Shown: positions 8,264 to 18,232, counted from the stretch's first letter. The stretch is DNA of 59,513 bases from an uncultured archaeon (GCA_964388035.1 CAYLZE010000020.1:1-59513); one strand, 5' to 3'. Numbers and translations are program-made. The notes: generated by a model not told the origin, from the sequence alone.

Positions 8264-11200
8264 TTACTCATCCAAAAACTCCTTTAGCAAAATTTCTTCT
8301 TCTTTTAAAAGAGGAAGAGCTTTTAAAAATTGAGAAATTTTTAAATCAAATGTACTCAGATCATTAATTCTTAGCTCTAATATGAACAAAATTAATTTTA
8401 CAAAGAAAGTATCTTCAACAATTTGTCTAATTGCACCTAAATTGAGAAGTAGATCTTCAATATTCTTTTTTATTTGAACGTAAGATGAGTTCATTTTGAA
8501 TAAGGTTAACCCGTATAAAGCAATTAGAAGTGAGCCTTGCGTGAAGTCTTTCCTTTTTAAAAAGATTCCTGCGAGCTCTCGATATTCATCCGCGACTTTC
8601 TCATAAGATCCCCCCAATAAATTTAAAATTATTTTTTCATAAAACCGTTTCTTCATTATATTTCTTTTTTTATTCAAATCACTTAAATCTTCTTTTAACG
8701 AGCTCATTTTCAGATCAAGTTTTGCTAACATCTGATCTAATTTTATTTTTAATTCGGGAAGGATCAGGGGTTTAATTTTATTTCCTTCAGCACCTTCCTC
8801 TCTAATTTTATTTGATAAGAGTTCAGATAACACCTTTTTTTCCGGGTCAAAAAGGTAAAAGTTACTCAACCAAGTTTCTAATGTGGATTTTATGATAGAA
8901 AATTCGTCTTCTTTTAGAGCTAATAAAAAATATTTTAATAATTTATATTCGGGTAGACTTTCGATCTTATTAGAGTAAGATTTCCCAATTTTTTCCAAGG
9001 TAGCTTCTGCCGTTTTGACTTTTTTCCCTTGAGCGAGGAGAATGATGCCCAAGCTTAATGCAATAGATGCTTGCCGGTCCAATTTTCTTTCAAACAACTC
9101 GGGAATTAAATTAATATAAGATGAGGAAGCTTTATCCAAATTATTTTCTTCCAATGCGTTCAATGCCTCATCCCAGTATTTCTTTTTCATTAATTTTCTT
9201 TTTGCTGCTTCGGATTTATCCATTTCCATTTTACAGGATAATTCTTGGATTTCATTTATTATACTTGAGAAATCAATAACATTTTCTTCTTTTTTACCCT
9301 CAATTTCGGTTCTTTGGTCCCATCCCATTAAATCATAATAAAAATTTATTTCTTCAGGAAATAACGGCAAGTTATTTATTAATGGCAAGACATCTCTTCT
9401 CAAGTTTTCATCCTTTAATTCGAAGGATTGGCTGATCAGATTCACAATTTTAACAGGAAAGGTTTGAGATAAAAGTTTTTGATCTTGAATTGCATCATCC
9501 AATGACAATTTAATTAATTCTGGTTGATTTTCCTTGAGATATAATAAAGCAATAATTGCAAGGGAAACTCCCGCTAAGTTATATTTTTGAATTCCATTCA
9601 GTTTTGCAATGCTTTCTTTATACAAGTGTAATGCTTCTTCGAATTTCTTATCTTTCACCAAGTGTAAAGCTTGTTGAAAATAGACTCTTTTATAAGCCAT
9701 TCTCTGCTTTAGTTCGATTTCTTTATTTTTTAGTATATCAGAGGCTTCTTGTCGTAATGTAACACTTTTTTCTTTTAATAATTGCACTTTCAATGAAGCC
9801 TCCATTTCTTTTGAGCTTTCAGCTTCAACTTCCTGTAATTTCTTATAAAGTTCCTTTTGTTTTTCCTTTTGATCAATTTTATCGATATACTCTTGAGCGG
9901 AAGATAATTCTCCCTTAGAAATGTAAGTTGAGGCAATCCTTTCATACATTTTATTGAAATCAAACATTAATGGATCCAAGTTGTTATTAACAATATAATT
10001 AGCTTTTTTTAATAAAGGAAGAAGGTTTTCAATCAAATTAATCTCATCTTCTTTAGTTAAAATGGATAGCATGCGATTCTCCAAGAAGTTGACAAAAAAA
10101 ATATTTAACTCCATTGATTCTTCATATAAAGATTGATCTCGGAGAATATTATTAAATTCTTCATATAGATTCTCTATTCTAAAATATGTGGCACTTTCAG
10201 CTTGAGCTTTTAACGTATTAATTATAACGGGAAAATATTGAATTAAAAGATCTTTTTTAAGCTCTACATTTAGTTTATCATAAAATTCCAAATAAAATTT
10301 AAAAAAGGTTGATAATAAATTTCCTTCAATTAATATTGAAAGCAGTTTTTGAACTAGAACATTTGTGACTTCGGCTTTGTCAAGCTTTAAAAGATAATCA
10401 ATATGAGCTTTAATATGATGATATGCATTCGTAAAATCCTTTTCTTTCAAGTATCTCTCCGCTTCTTTCATTACTCCTTTGTTTAAATTTTGAATTAAAT
10501 TGTTTTCATATTCTACTGACTCTTCAATAATTTCCACCGCTTTTTTAAATTTAGCTTCCATTACGGTTTTTTTTACTTCTTCCTGTTCCTCTTCAATTTT
10601 GGAACTATAATCGGAAAGAGAACGCTTTAATTCTAAGGAATCCACTTTATTGATTATTACTGAAGCTAATTTGAAATCCTTTTGGCGAATGGCAAGGTTA
10701 ACAAACTGTTCCAATAAAACGTCTAAGTTTACTTTTTCTGTTTTAAAGCTTGACCAATAGTGCTCCAACTCATCTAAAATAGCTTTTGACGAATATCTAT
10801 TTTCGTCTTCAATTTCCTTTTTTAAAACTTTTAGTAATAATTCTACATATAAAGCTACAAGCTCTTGTAGGTTTTCAAATAATCCTTCTTGTTGATAAAT
10901 TTTCAAGGCAACTTCCAATTGTTCTTTAGCTAAATAGAATTCATTCGATGAGATCAATGAATTAATAGTGCTAATAATAAGCCCATCTACTTCTCGTAAT
11001 ATTTTTATTCCTACTATGTGAGGAAGTCTTTCTAATAATGAAAATGCTTGTTCGAATTCATTAGCTAATAACCAAGATTTCATGGCAGATTTAAAACAAC
11101 GATGAATAATTTCTTTTTCCATTAATTCAAGGGCAGCTAATTGTCCGATATTGACATATTGATTTGCAACCTCACTATATTTTTTTTGATTAAATAGTTC

Positions 11201-11971
11201 ATCAGCTTTTTCTATTTGGGAACTTATATGTTTTTTTTTATAATCATCCGCTTTTCTTTTTTCAAATCCTTCAATAATTTTACTTGCTTCCATATACATG
11301 TCAGAAAGAGAAAATAAGTAAGCACTTTTTTCGCAAGTAATATATAATTCATCCATATTATATATTTCAGCAATTGTGGCAACCATTTTCAATGCATTTG
11401 CCGCTTCGTGATACTTTTTTTCTTGAAAATAATGATTAGCCATCTTTATAAAAAAAGGGTATCTTAACCAAGCATTTTCAATATTTAAAGGTGTCTCTCC
11501 GTTTATCATTGCTAAACATAAACATTGAAGAGCTTGATGAAATTGAAAAGGTGATAAGTTTACAAAAGCTTCCATCTCGGGATAATTGGTCCAGATACTT
11601 TCAAGCAGATCGATGCTATTGAGCGGAATAAATCCTTCTTCATCATAAAAAATAATAACCGTTGGGACCCTTCTTTCAATTGACCTGATCACAGGAATAT
11701 TGATTAAAAAAAGTTCTAATTCATCTTCATTGGTCGGATTCAAAAAATAGAGGATACCATCAGATATGGTGAGAAGGGAATCATAATCCACGTTAATTGG
11801 ATCTGTTATGACATCCAAATCTAAATCACATGTATCGTCTAAAACCTTAAATTCTTGAGAATATTCAGTATAGGTTTCCTTAACCTCTCCGCTTTCTCCA
11901 AAATGAGTCGTGATATAATTCAAAATACTTTCAGGATTTCCAAAAATCAAAATTTTAAAAATATATCTCAC
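8264..11971 (-). CDS. 1235-aa protein: degenerate Ras/Rab-like domain, TPR/alpha-solenoid, three C-terminal repeats
   Basis: Long ORF; N-term YIFKILIFG...DGILYFLNPTN...VPTVII follows the small-GTPase strand order; TPR-like A..Y..A..Y patterns. Confidence 0.7.
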   Translation of the reverse strand: MRYIFKILIFGNPESILNYITTHFGESGEVKETYTEYSQEFKVLDDTCDLDLDVITDPINVDYDSLLTISDGILYFLNPTNEDELELFLINIPVIRSIERRVPTVIIFYDEEGFIPLNSIDLLESIWTNYPEMEAFVNLSPFQFHQALQCLCLAMINGETPLNIENAWLRYPFFIKMANHYFQEKKYHEAANALKMVATIAEIYNMDELYITCEKSAYLFSLSDMYMEASKIIEGFEKRKADDYKKKHISSQIEKADELFNQKKYSEVANQYVNIGQLAALELMEKEIIHRCFKSAMKSWLLANEFEQAFSLLERLPHIVGIKILREVDGLIISTINSLISSNEFYLAKEQLEVALKIYQQEGLFENLQELVALYVELLLKVLKKEIEDENRYSSKAILDELEHYWSSFKTEKVNLDVLLEQFVNLAIRQKDFKLASVIINKVDSLELKRSLSDYSSKIEEEQEEVKKTVMEAKFKKAVEIIEESVEYENNLIQNLNKGVMKEAERYLKEKDFTNAYHHIKAHIDYLLKLDKAEVTNVLVQKLLSILIEGNLLSTFFKFYLEFYDKLNVELKKDLLIQYFPVIINTLKAQAESATYFRIENLYEEFNNILRDQSLYEESMELNIFFVNFLENRMLSILTKEDEINLIENLLPLLKKANYIVNNNLDPLMFDFNKMYERIASTYISKGELSSAQEYIDKIDQKEKQKELYKKLQEVEAESSKEMEASLKVQLLKEKSVTLRQEASDILKNKEIELKQRMAYKRVYFQQALHLVKDKKFEEALHLYKESIAKLNGIQKYNLAGVSLAIIALLYLKENQPELIKLSLDDAIQDQKLLSQTFPVKIVNLISQSFELKDENLRRDVLPLINNLPLFPEEINFYYDLMGWDQRTEIEGKKEENVIDFSSIINEIQELSCKMEMDKSEAAKRKLMKKKYWDEALNALEENNLDKASSSYINLIPELFERKLDRQASIALSLGIILLAQGKKVKTAEATLEKIGKSYSNKIESLPEYKLLKYFLLALKEDEFSIIKSTLETWLSNFYLFDPEKKVLSELLSNKIREEGAEGNKIKPLILPELKIKLDQMLAKLDLKMSSLKEDLSDLNKKRNIMKKRFYEKIILNLLGGSYEKVADEYRELAGIFLKRKDFTQGSLLIALYGLTLFKMNSSYVQIKKNIEDLLLNLGAIRQIVEDTFFVKLILFILELRINDLSTFDLKISQFLKALPLLKEEEILLKEFLDE

Positions 11972-12129
11972 GAAAAAACACCCTTACTTTTCTTCATGAA
12001 TATTTTCTTAAAAAAGTTCATGTCTATTAAATTCTTATTTCACATACTCTTTAAAAGAACTTAATTTTTAAAATTTAAAACATTTTAATATTTTAACGAT
12101 GTTAAAAAGATGGAGTTGCACAGAATAAT

Positions 12130-12795
12130 ATGGATCATGTAGAAAGAAATGCTCAATTGATAGAGGCGAGAATGCGAGAACAAATGGAACATTCACTTGC
12201 TGCTGGAAAGAAACTGATTGATTCTGAATTAAATGCTGGTCTTCTCGATTTTATTGTTAAACCCATCGTAAAGACGTTCTACACTTCTTGGGCAGATAAC
12301 GATGCAAGAGAAGGTACTTTAAAACAAATCAAAGTAACTTTAGATTGCGGCAAAATTTTATTAAATGGATGTTCGGCGGAAGAGAAATTTGATGAAGTGA
12401 TTGAAAAAAATTTCCCTCAATATCTCGCTGGAGATCAAACGTCTCGTCAATGCAAGAAAAATCATAAAAATTACAATAAATTAAAAGAAATCACAAAAAA
12501 GGCATTTATTACACAAATACAAGAAGTAATTCTACTTTTAAAAGTCGATCAAGAAAATGGAATTAAATCTTATGATGATTTATGTCGAGTTGCGTATAAA
12601 ACAAAAGAAAATGCTCGTCTAAAGCTCATGCAACAATTGGATTATACAGAAGAGGCAATTCGAATAGTTGAGAAAGATCCTTCTATTTTAAAAATGCCTA
12701 CCGGAAAAAGGATTATAGTAAATTCTTTGAGGAAGGGTTTTGAAGAGACTAAGAAAGAACTTTCTAATGATGTAAACACTATTTTCAATGAATAA
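12130..12795 (+). CDS. Hypothetical helical protein
   Basis: 221-aa ORF with ATG, upstream GGAG and genome-like composition; no motif recognised. Confidence 0.75.
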   Translation: MDHVERNAQLIEARMREQMEHSLAAGKKLIDSELNAGLLDFIVKPIVKTFYTSWADNDAREGTLKQIKVTLDCGKILLNGCSAEEKFDEVIEKNFPQYLAGDQTSRQCKKNHKNYNKLKEITKKAFITQIQEVILLLKVDQENGIKSYDDLCRVAYKTKENARLKLMQQLDYTEEAIRIVEKDPSILKMPTGKRIIVNSLRKGFEETKKELSNDVNTIFNE

Positions 12796-12849
12796 CCTTT
12801 TTGAAATATCTAATTGATCCAAATTATTTGAAAATGAATTAAATATAAT

Positions 12850-13896
12850 ATGAAGAGACAAAGGAATTATTTAAGAAGTTTTTTTTCAACTCTCTTAACA
12901 ATAGCGTTTATGATAATGGTTTATGTCTCCCTTTCAAATTTTTTTGGATCCCCGTCTAAACTTTATCTAACAAATTCCGAGCCGTCTTTCCTAATTGGAA
13001 TTTCATTAATTTTATATACTTTTTTTTCTGTTCTTGCTGGTCCATATAAAAGTTTCTTAGCTGGTTTTTTTGCAGAATTATTATATCAATTAACCTCATT
13101 TAAAGCTATATATATTGAATGGTGCTTATTTATAGGGATATTTGGATTAGCGTGTGGATTCTTTAACTATAAACCTTTAAAAATTTTAAAATTTAAAAGT
13201 ATTTTTTTATTAATCGGATTTTTTTTCATTGCTTCTCTTGTTGGAGTATTCATCCTATTTTTCTTTCAAGTATTCTTATATAAAAGCATGGCATTTAGCG
13301 CGATAGAACTGGGGGGTTTAATCATAAATTTCATTCTGGATGGTTTTTTTGTGTCGACTTTAATTTCTATTCCCTTATTAATTCTATATGATTACATCTT
13401 ATCTAATAAAGAACGGGTCATCTATCAAGAGATTTTGACTCACCATTTACCCACGCAGAGTGATCATGCTTTTTATTTACAATTTGGAAGAACTTACATT
13501 TTTTTTTGCTCCCGATGTTCGGGAGTAATAATAGGAGGATTAATTTCCATTTTCACGACGACCTATTTAGCAGATGGATTTAATATCAAGATTACTTCAG
13601 AAATTGCAATTTTTTTATGCATTATATTACCCATTCCCGGCATGCTTGATTGGGGGACACAGAGATTATTATATAGAAAAAGTAATACCAAGATTCGATT
13701 ACTTACGGGATTCATTTTAGGGATAGCCTTACACATGATGTCTTTTACTTCAAAATATGCACTTTTCATGCTTTTTTTGCTCATCCTATATTTTGGGGCG
13801 CTAGGAATATTAATGTATGTTGGTCATAAGAAAGAAATGAAAGAATTAGAAGAGGAAGTAAATCGCATCCCGAAAGAGGAAAGCATTGAAGAATGA
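12850..13896 (+). CDS. Membrane protein: ECF S-component-like N-terminus plus DUF2085-like C-terminus
   Basis: LAGPYKSFLAGFFAE pattern; HH...H.F...FCSRCSG and P...DWGTQ...SNTKIRLLTGF typical of DUF2085. Confidence 0.7.
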   Translation: MKRQRNYLRSFFSTLLTIAFMIMVYVSLSNFFGSPSKLYLTNSEPSFLIGISLILYTFFSVLAGPYKSFLAGFFAELLYQLTSFKAIYIEWCLFIGIFGLACGFFNYKPLKILKFKSIFLLIGFFFIASLVGVFILFFFQVFLYKSMAFSAIELGGLIINFILDGFFVSTLISIPLLILYDYILSNKERVIYQEILTHHLPTQSDHAFYLQFGRTYIFFCSRCSGVIIGGLISIFTTTYLADGFNIKITSEIAIFLCIILPIPGMLDWGTQRLLYRKSNTKIRLLTGFILGIALHMMSFTSKYALFMLFLLILYFGALGILMYVGHKKEMKELEEEVNRIPKEESIEE

Positions 13897-14372
13897 ACAT
13901 GATTTTCATCCATGGCTTGGAGAGCTCAAGCCAAGGTTTTAAAGGAAGGTTTTTTCAAAAGGAATTACCCGGGATTCTGACTCCCACCTTCACGGGTTCT
14001 TTAAACCAGAGAATGGAACAATTATACCCGCTTTTAGATTCAAAAGATTCTTGGACCATTATTGGATCCAGCTTTGGTGGTTTAATGGGGACCTTATATG
14101 CTTGCCAATTTCCCGATAAAGTGGCTAAACTAATATTACTCGCACCATTACTTGCGGTTCCAGAATTAAAAACAGAAAATTTCCCTCCAATAGATGTATC
14201 TGTTGTTGTTTTTCACGGGAAAGAAGATAAGGTTGTTCCCTATGAAAGATCAATGTCGCGAGCAAATAAACTCTTCAATAGTTTAACTTATAATCTCGTT
14301 GACGATGACCATTTCCTCCATCCTACCGTAGAACAGATAGATTGGAAGAAAGTGATAAAACTTGATCCATAA
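13893..14372 (+). CDS. YqiA/YcfP-like alpha/beta hydrolase (esterase)
   Basis: FIHGLESS, GSSFGG nucleophile elbow, HGKEDKVVP, DDDH; ATGA overlap with the upstream gene. Confidence 0.88.
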   Translation: MNMIFIHGLESSSQGFKGRFFQKELPGILTPTFTGSLNQRMEQLYPLLDSKDSWTIIGSSFGGLMGTLYACQFPDKVAKLILLAPLLAVPELKTENFPPIDVSVVVFHGKEDKVVPYERSMSRANKLFNSLTYNLVDDDHFLHPTVEQIDWKKVIKLDP

Positions 14373-14636
14373 ATGATTTAATTCTACATAAAATTGTACT
14401 ATTTAACAATAAATATTGGACTCCTTTTAATTAAAATTGCCTAATTAATATCTTTCCATTAAGAAATAAGAGTTAGTAATTAACATTAATCAATTATGAA
14501 AAAAGCGAACCATGCCATGTATTATTCATAATTTCGAATGAAGTGTTAATTTTATAAATTTAGTAATCAATAAAGATTGAAAATTAAAGAAGAAAATTAA
14601 TATATAGCATCATTAAATATATAAAAGTGAGAATAA

Positions 14637-16250
14637 ATGGGAAACGAACGTCCTAAAATTTATATCTGTTCCGAATGCGGGTTTGTCTTTAATTCTGAAT
14701 TGTCAGAATTAATAGAAAACAATATCCGTGTTTATTGTGAGCAATGCGGGGCACCGTTCAATCTTGAGGGAAGAAACTTTCAAGAAGTGCCTTATCAAAA
14801 AGGAGCGGAAACAAGATATGATAAAAAAGCTCATCCTAAAGAGACGGGCGGACTAGACAAAGCCATCCAAGTTTTCAATATTTTATCGTTTTTACCCTTA
14901 TTGATCTATGCCATTATCACGTTAATGACTCTCACTGAGGTAATTGGAATTCCTCCTGAGAATTTAATTTCCTTTATTTTTTCCCGGTTAACCTTAGGGC
15001 TCGCGGCTTTATTGATAGTAGTCTATGACATTCGCTATATATATCCTCGGGTGAAAGAAAGGATTTATACGGGTATAATTGCAGACGCATTCATCATGGG
15101 AATTTTGGGATGTATAATATATGGGACGGGTACAATTCTATTAATAAAGGGTATTTTAATAATTATTAAAATATTAACCGATAGAGAAGTGAGGCAAAGG
15201 GGAATTTATGATTTTGGGGTAAAATTAAAAAATTCCTTCAATAATCTTTCCACGAGAGCAGGATTTGTTATCTTATTAATAGGTTGGGCAGATATTTTTG
15301 TATTTAATCAGATCTACACTCTTTTAGGAGGGATTAAAGCACTTCGCTTGCCCTTTTTGATCGCGAACGTGGTCTTTACAATAATAACCATTGTCGTGTT
15401 AATCATCGATTGGAGTATTATTAAAAAAATTAAGAAAAAACAACATTTTGAAATACATGAATTTATTGGACTTTTTATCTTAGGATTTTTGGGTTCTTTA
15501 TTCTATGCTGCAGGAATCATAATTATTTTCAAAGCCATTATCATCTTATTTTTATCTTTTGGAACACCCCCTGTTAAGAAAAAGCTAGAACCAAGGGCAA
15601 CTGTTATCACGAGAGAAGAATCCAAACTGCAGCCTGTAATTGCGAGAGAAGAAGCTAAACCGCTACCCCCGTCGGAAATGACTCAAGAACCCGTTAAAGT
15701 TATCCCCGAAGCAAGGGGACCGGTTAAGCCAATTCAAGCTGTTTCCCAACCTTCCAAAGAAGGAACAATTAATGAAGTGAAAGAAGAGATTTCGAAACCA
15801 GAAGAACCGGAAAAAATAGAGAAACCAGAAAAATCTGAATCAAAACAAGAAAAGGTCCATGAAAGAGAACTAGAACAAAAGTTAAGATTACATGAATCTT
15901 TATTACCAGTAAAAAATGATAAGGATAGAGATTTAGTTAAAAAGTATTTTACCAAGATCTTTATTGTATTATCTAAGGATATTCGAAAAAGAATACATGA
16001 ATTAAACCTTCCAAAAGATGAGAAAAAAGAGCTTGTTAAAGAAATGGCGTTTTTAACCAAAGAAAAGCAAATAGAATATTTGGATGCGATTAATGATTTG
16101 TATAGAGAGATTCCGGAAAAAGTAATCAATAGAATTAAAAGCCTACCCAATTTAAAACCAAACCATTATGAACAAATAATAAATCAATTAAAATACATGG
16201 ATGATGAGGAGCAACTTTCCTTTGTCACTTTTTTAGAAAAAAAAGCTTAA
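14637..16250 (+). CDS. Zn-ribbon, multi-pass membrane, Pro/Glu linker and helical-repeat protein
   Basis: CSECG...CEQCG; about 6-8 hydrophobic segments; duplicated C-terminal helical unit. Confidence 0.75.
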   Translation: MGNERPKIYICSECGFVFNSELSELIENNIRVYCEQCGAPFNLEGRNFQEVPYQKGAETRYDKKAHPKETGGLDKAIQVFNILSFLPLLIYAIITLMTLTEVIGIPPENLISFIFSRLTLGLAALLIVVYDIRYIYPRVKERIYTGIIADAFIMGILGCIIYGTGTILLIKGILIIIKILTDREVRQRGIYDFGVKLKNSFNNLSTRAGFVILLIGWADIFVFNQIYTLLGGIKALRLPFLIANVVFTIITIVVLIIDWSIIKKIKKKQHFEIHEFIGLFILGFLGSLFYAAGIIIIFKAIIILFLSFGTPPVKKKLEPRATVITREESKLQPVIAREEAKPLPPSEMTQEPVKVIPEARGPVKPIQAVSQPSKEGTINEVKEEISKPEEPEKIEKPEKSESKQEKVHERELEQKLRLHESLLPVKNDKDRDLVKKYFTKIFIVLSKDIRKRIHELNLPKDEKKELVKEMAFLTKEKQIEYLDAINDLYREIPEKVINRIKSLPNLKPNHYEQIINQLKYMDDEEQLSFVTFLEKKA

Positions 16251-16268
16251 TTAAAAGTAAGAAAAGTT

Positions 16269-17192
16269 TTGATAAGCATGTCCCTTGAAAAAAGAAGAGA
16301 GTCTAAAACCGAGAAGCGAGAACAAAAATTAGAGGATTCCAAATTTAGATACGAAGATTTTAAGCCGCTTGTCCAGAAAGGCCAAGAAAAAGAAAAAAAG
16401 GAAGAGCCCGTCGAAATTGAGAAATTACACGAAGAACTGGTGGATGAATTAACTGAGATTGAAATGGATATTCTTGATATAGCTAAGGATATTCTGAAAC
16501 TAAAGAGATATGATGCTGAATTTAATGAAATTGAATCTGAGACACAGATTCAAAGATTTCCAATTATTGAAAAATTATACGCCACTTGTATTTCAAAATT
16601 ATCTTATAATAAGGGATATGGCAAGGAGGATATTTTTTTAGCAATCCGAAGTTTAGAAGAAAAAAATTGGATTGTTACCAATGAAAGAAGGACAAAACTT
16701 GAGGTGTTAGAAAACGAAAAGCTCATGAGCATTTTAAAATTCATAATAGAAAACCCCGGAATCCATGCTCGTGATGAAAAGATTGAGCAAGAATTAAGTA
16801 TTACTCGAACCCCATTTCTAAAACACATCATGACATTGGAAAATTTCAAATTAATACGTTCCAAAAAGGTAGGTAAAACGCTCCATTATTTCCCCGAAGA
16901 TTTAGCAGAGGATTTGGACGAATTTAGAGTAATCTTCATCAACCCTCTCATTCCACAAATAGTTGAAGAGTTATTTAAAAAGGAGGAAAATTCTATCTCG
17001 AATATCGCAGAGAATTTAGACATGTACTCAGGAACCATTCAATATCATTTAAAAAAGTTAAAGCAGCTGAATATAATTCGGACTGTGAAAAAGGAACAAG
17101 GAAAAATCTATTTGGTAAATATTGATTTATTAAAAAAGTATAACGAAATCTTTGAAGAACCTGATTTTTCAAAACTACTTAAAGGCTTTTAA
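16269..17192 (+). CDS. Multi winged-helix transcriptional regulator (ATG at 16278 likely)
   Basis: ILKFIIENPGIH...HIMTLE.FKLIRSKKVGK.LHYF and ISNIAENLDMYSGTIQYHLKKL wHTH signatures. Confidence 0.8.
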   Translation: MISMSLEKRRESKTEKREQKLEDSKFRYEDFKPLVQKGQEKEKKEEPVEIEKLHEELVDELTEIEMDILDIAKDILKLKRYDAEFNEIESETQIQRFPIIEKLYATCISKLSYNKGYGKEDIFLAIRSLEEKNWIVTNERRTKLEVLENEKLMSILKFIIENPGIHARDEKIEQELSITRTPFLKHIMTLENFKLIRSKKVGKTLHYFPEDLAEDLDEFRVIFINPLIPQIVEELFKKEENSISNIAENLDMYSGTIQYHLKKLKQLNIIRTVKKEQGKIYLVNIDLLKKYNEIFEEPDFSKLLKGF

Positions 17193-17228
17193 ATTTTTCA
17201 TGTTTATTGGATTGTATTAGAATCTATT

Positions 17229-18110
17229 CTATTTCATATCATTCCTTATTTTAGGAAGGGATTGCATCAATATTTCTAATGTCCTATTAATTCCATTTTC
17301 CAATTCAGGGTGAATTTCGTTAGATTTAAATAGATCATATCTCGAATTCCCAGGCAAATCGGAAACGGATAAAATTGAGACTGTTTTTAAGTTAAAAAAT
17401 TTACCTAATAAAAATAGGATGGATGATTCCATATCAATGGCTTGGACATTGATTGATGCTAACGAGGCAAGAAAATCGGGTGTTTCGGAAAATAGAGCAT
17501 CTGTGGTCCAGAGATTTACAAGTTTCGTTTTTTGAGGATTAATAGAGCATCCCGTATCGAAAAGTATATCTTTTAAGCGGTTATTTGCCTCAGCAAAAAA
17601 AGTTTTTGCCGTTCCTTGCCCAACCTCTCCAAGCTGATGGAAGGGATTAGAGATGGAGGAAAGATCGTGTATTTGGTTGCGATATAAATTAATGTAATGG
17701 GGGCTAGTACCATCTCCGCAATATGCTGTTTTTGGGATTAAGGTTTCACCAATATCAATCTCTTCATTGGTATTAATCCCGCCACAAAAATCCACCCGCA
17801 AGAGAATATTCGCTTTTGTTCTTTTCAAACACTCCATGGTGATGGCCATGTTTGGACACCCTACAAAAGAACGAATAATGCTGACTGGGACGTTATTTAA
17901 TAAACCATTGTAAATTCTACCATGAACACTCTTATTACGGAGCTTGCTAAGTAACCTCTTCATGATAATTTTTACCGCCGGCAAGATGACAATATTATTA
18001 ACATGGGAAGAAGCTGATTCGAAGAATATTCTTACGATTTTATCATCCACGGAATAATTCATGAGTTTTAACCCCGCATTAAGAAATTCCGATTTTATTC
18101 GATTAAACAT
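17229..18110 (-). CDS. Nucleoside phosphorylase family protein (PNP/UDP type)
   Basis: VGCPN, RVDFCGG, GDGTS..Y, WTTDALFSET, AIDMESS, VSD; ATG at 18110 (track start 18119 is GTG). Confidence 0.85.
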   Translation of the reverse strand: MFNRIKSEFLNAGLKLMNYSVDDKIVRIFFESASSHVNNIVILPAVKIIMKRLLSKLRNKSVHGRIYNGLLNNVPVSIIRSFVGCPNMAITMECLKRTKANILLRVDFCGGINTNEEIDIGETLIPKTAYCGDGTSPHYINLYRNQIHDLSSISNPFHQLGEVGQGTAKTFFAEANNRLKDILFDTGCSINPQKTKLVNLWTTDALFSETPDFLASLASINVQAIDMESSILFLLGKFFNLKTVSILSVSDLPGNSRYDLFKSNEIHPELENGINRTLEILMQSLPKIRNDMK

Positions 18111-18117
18111 TATAAGC

Positions 18118-18174
18118 ACTTATAATTATAAAATATAAGTTAAAGTATAATTAAAGAATGACTTATAATTATAA
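18118..18174. promoter_or_regulatory. Two identical ACTTATAATTATAA elements (12-bp perfect palindrome core) in a divergent intergenic region
   Basis: Copies at 18118-18131 and 18161-18174. Confidence 0.4.
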
Positions 18175-18232
18175 TGCATAGTATTTAATACTTTGCCGAA
18201 ATTTAGTTATATAAATTATTGCAAGAGAACAG

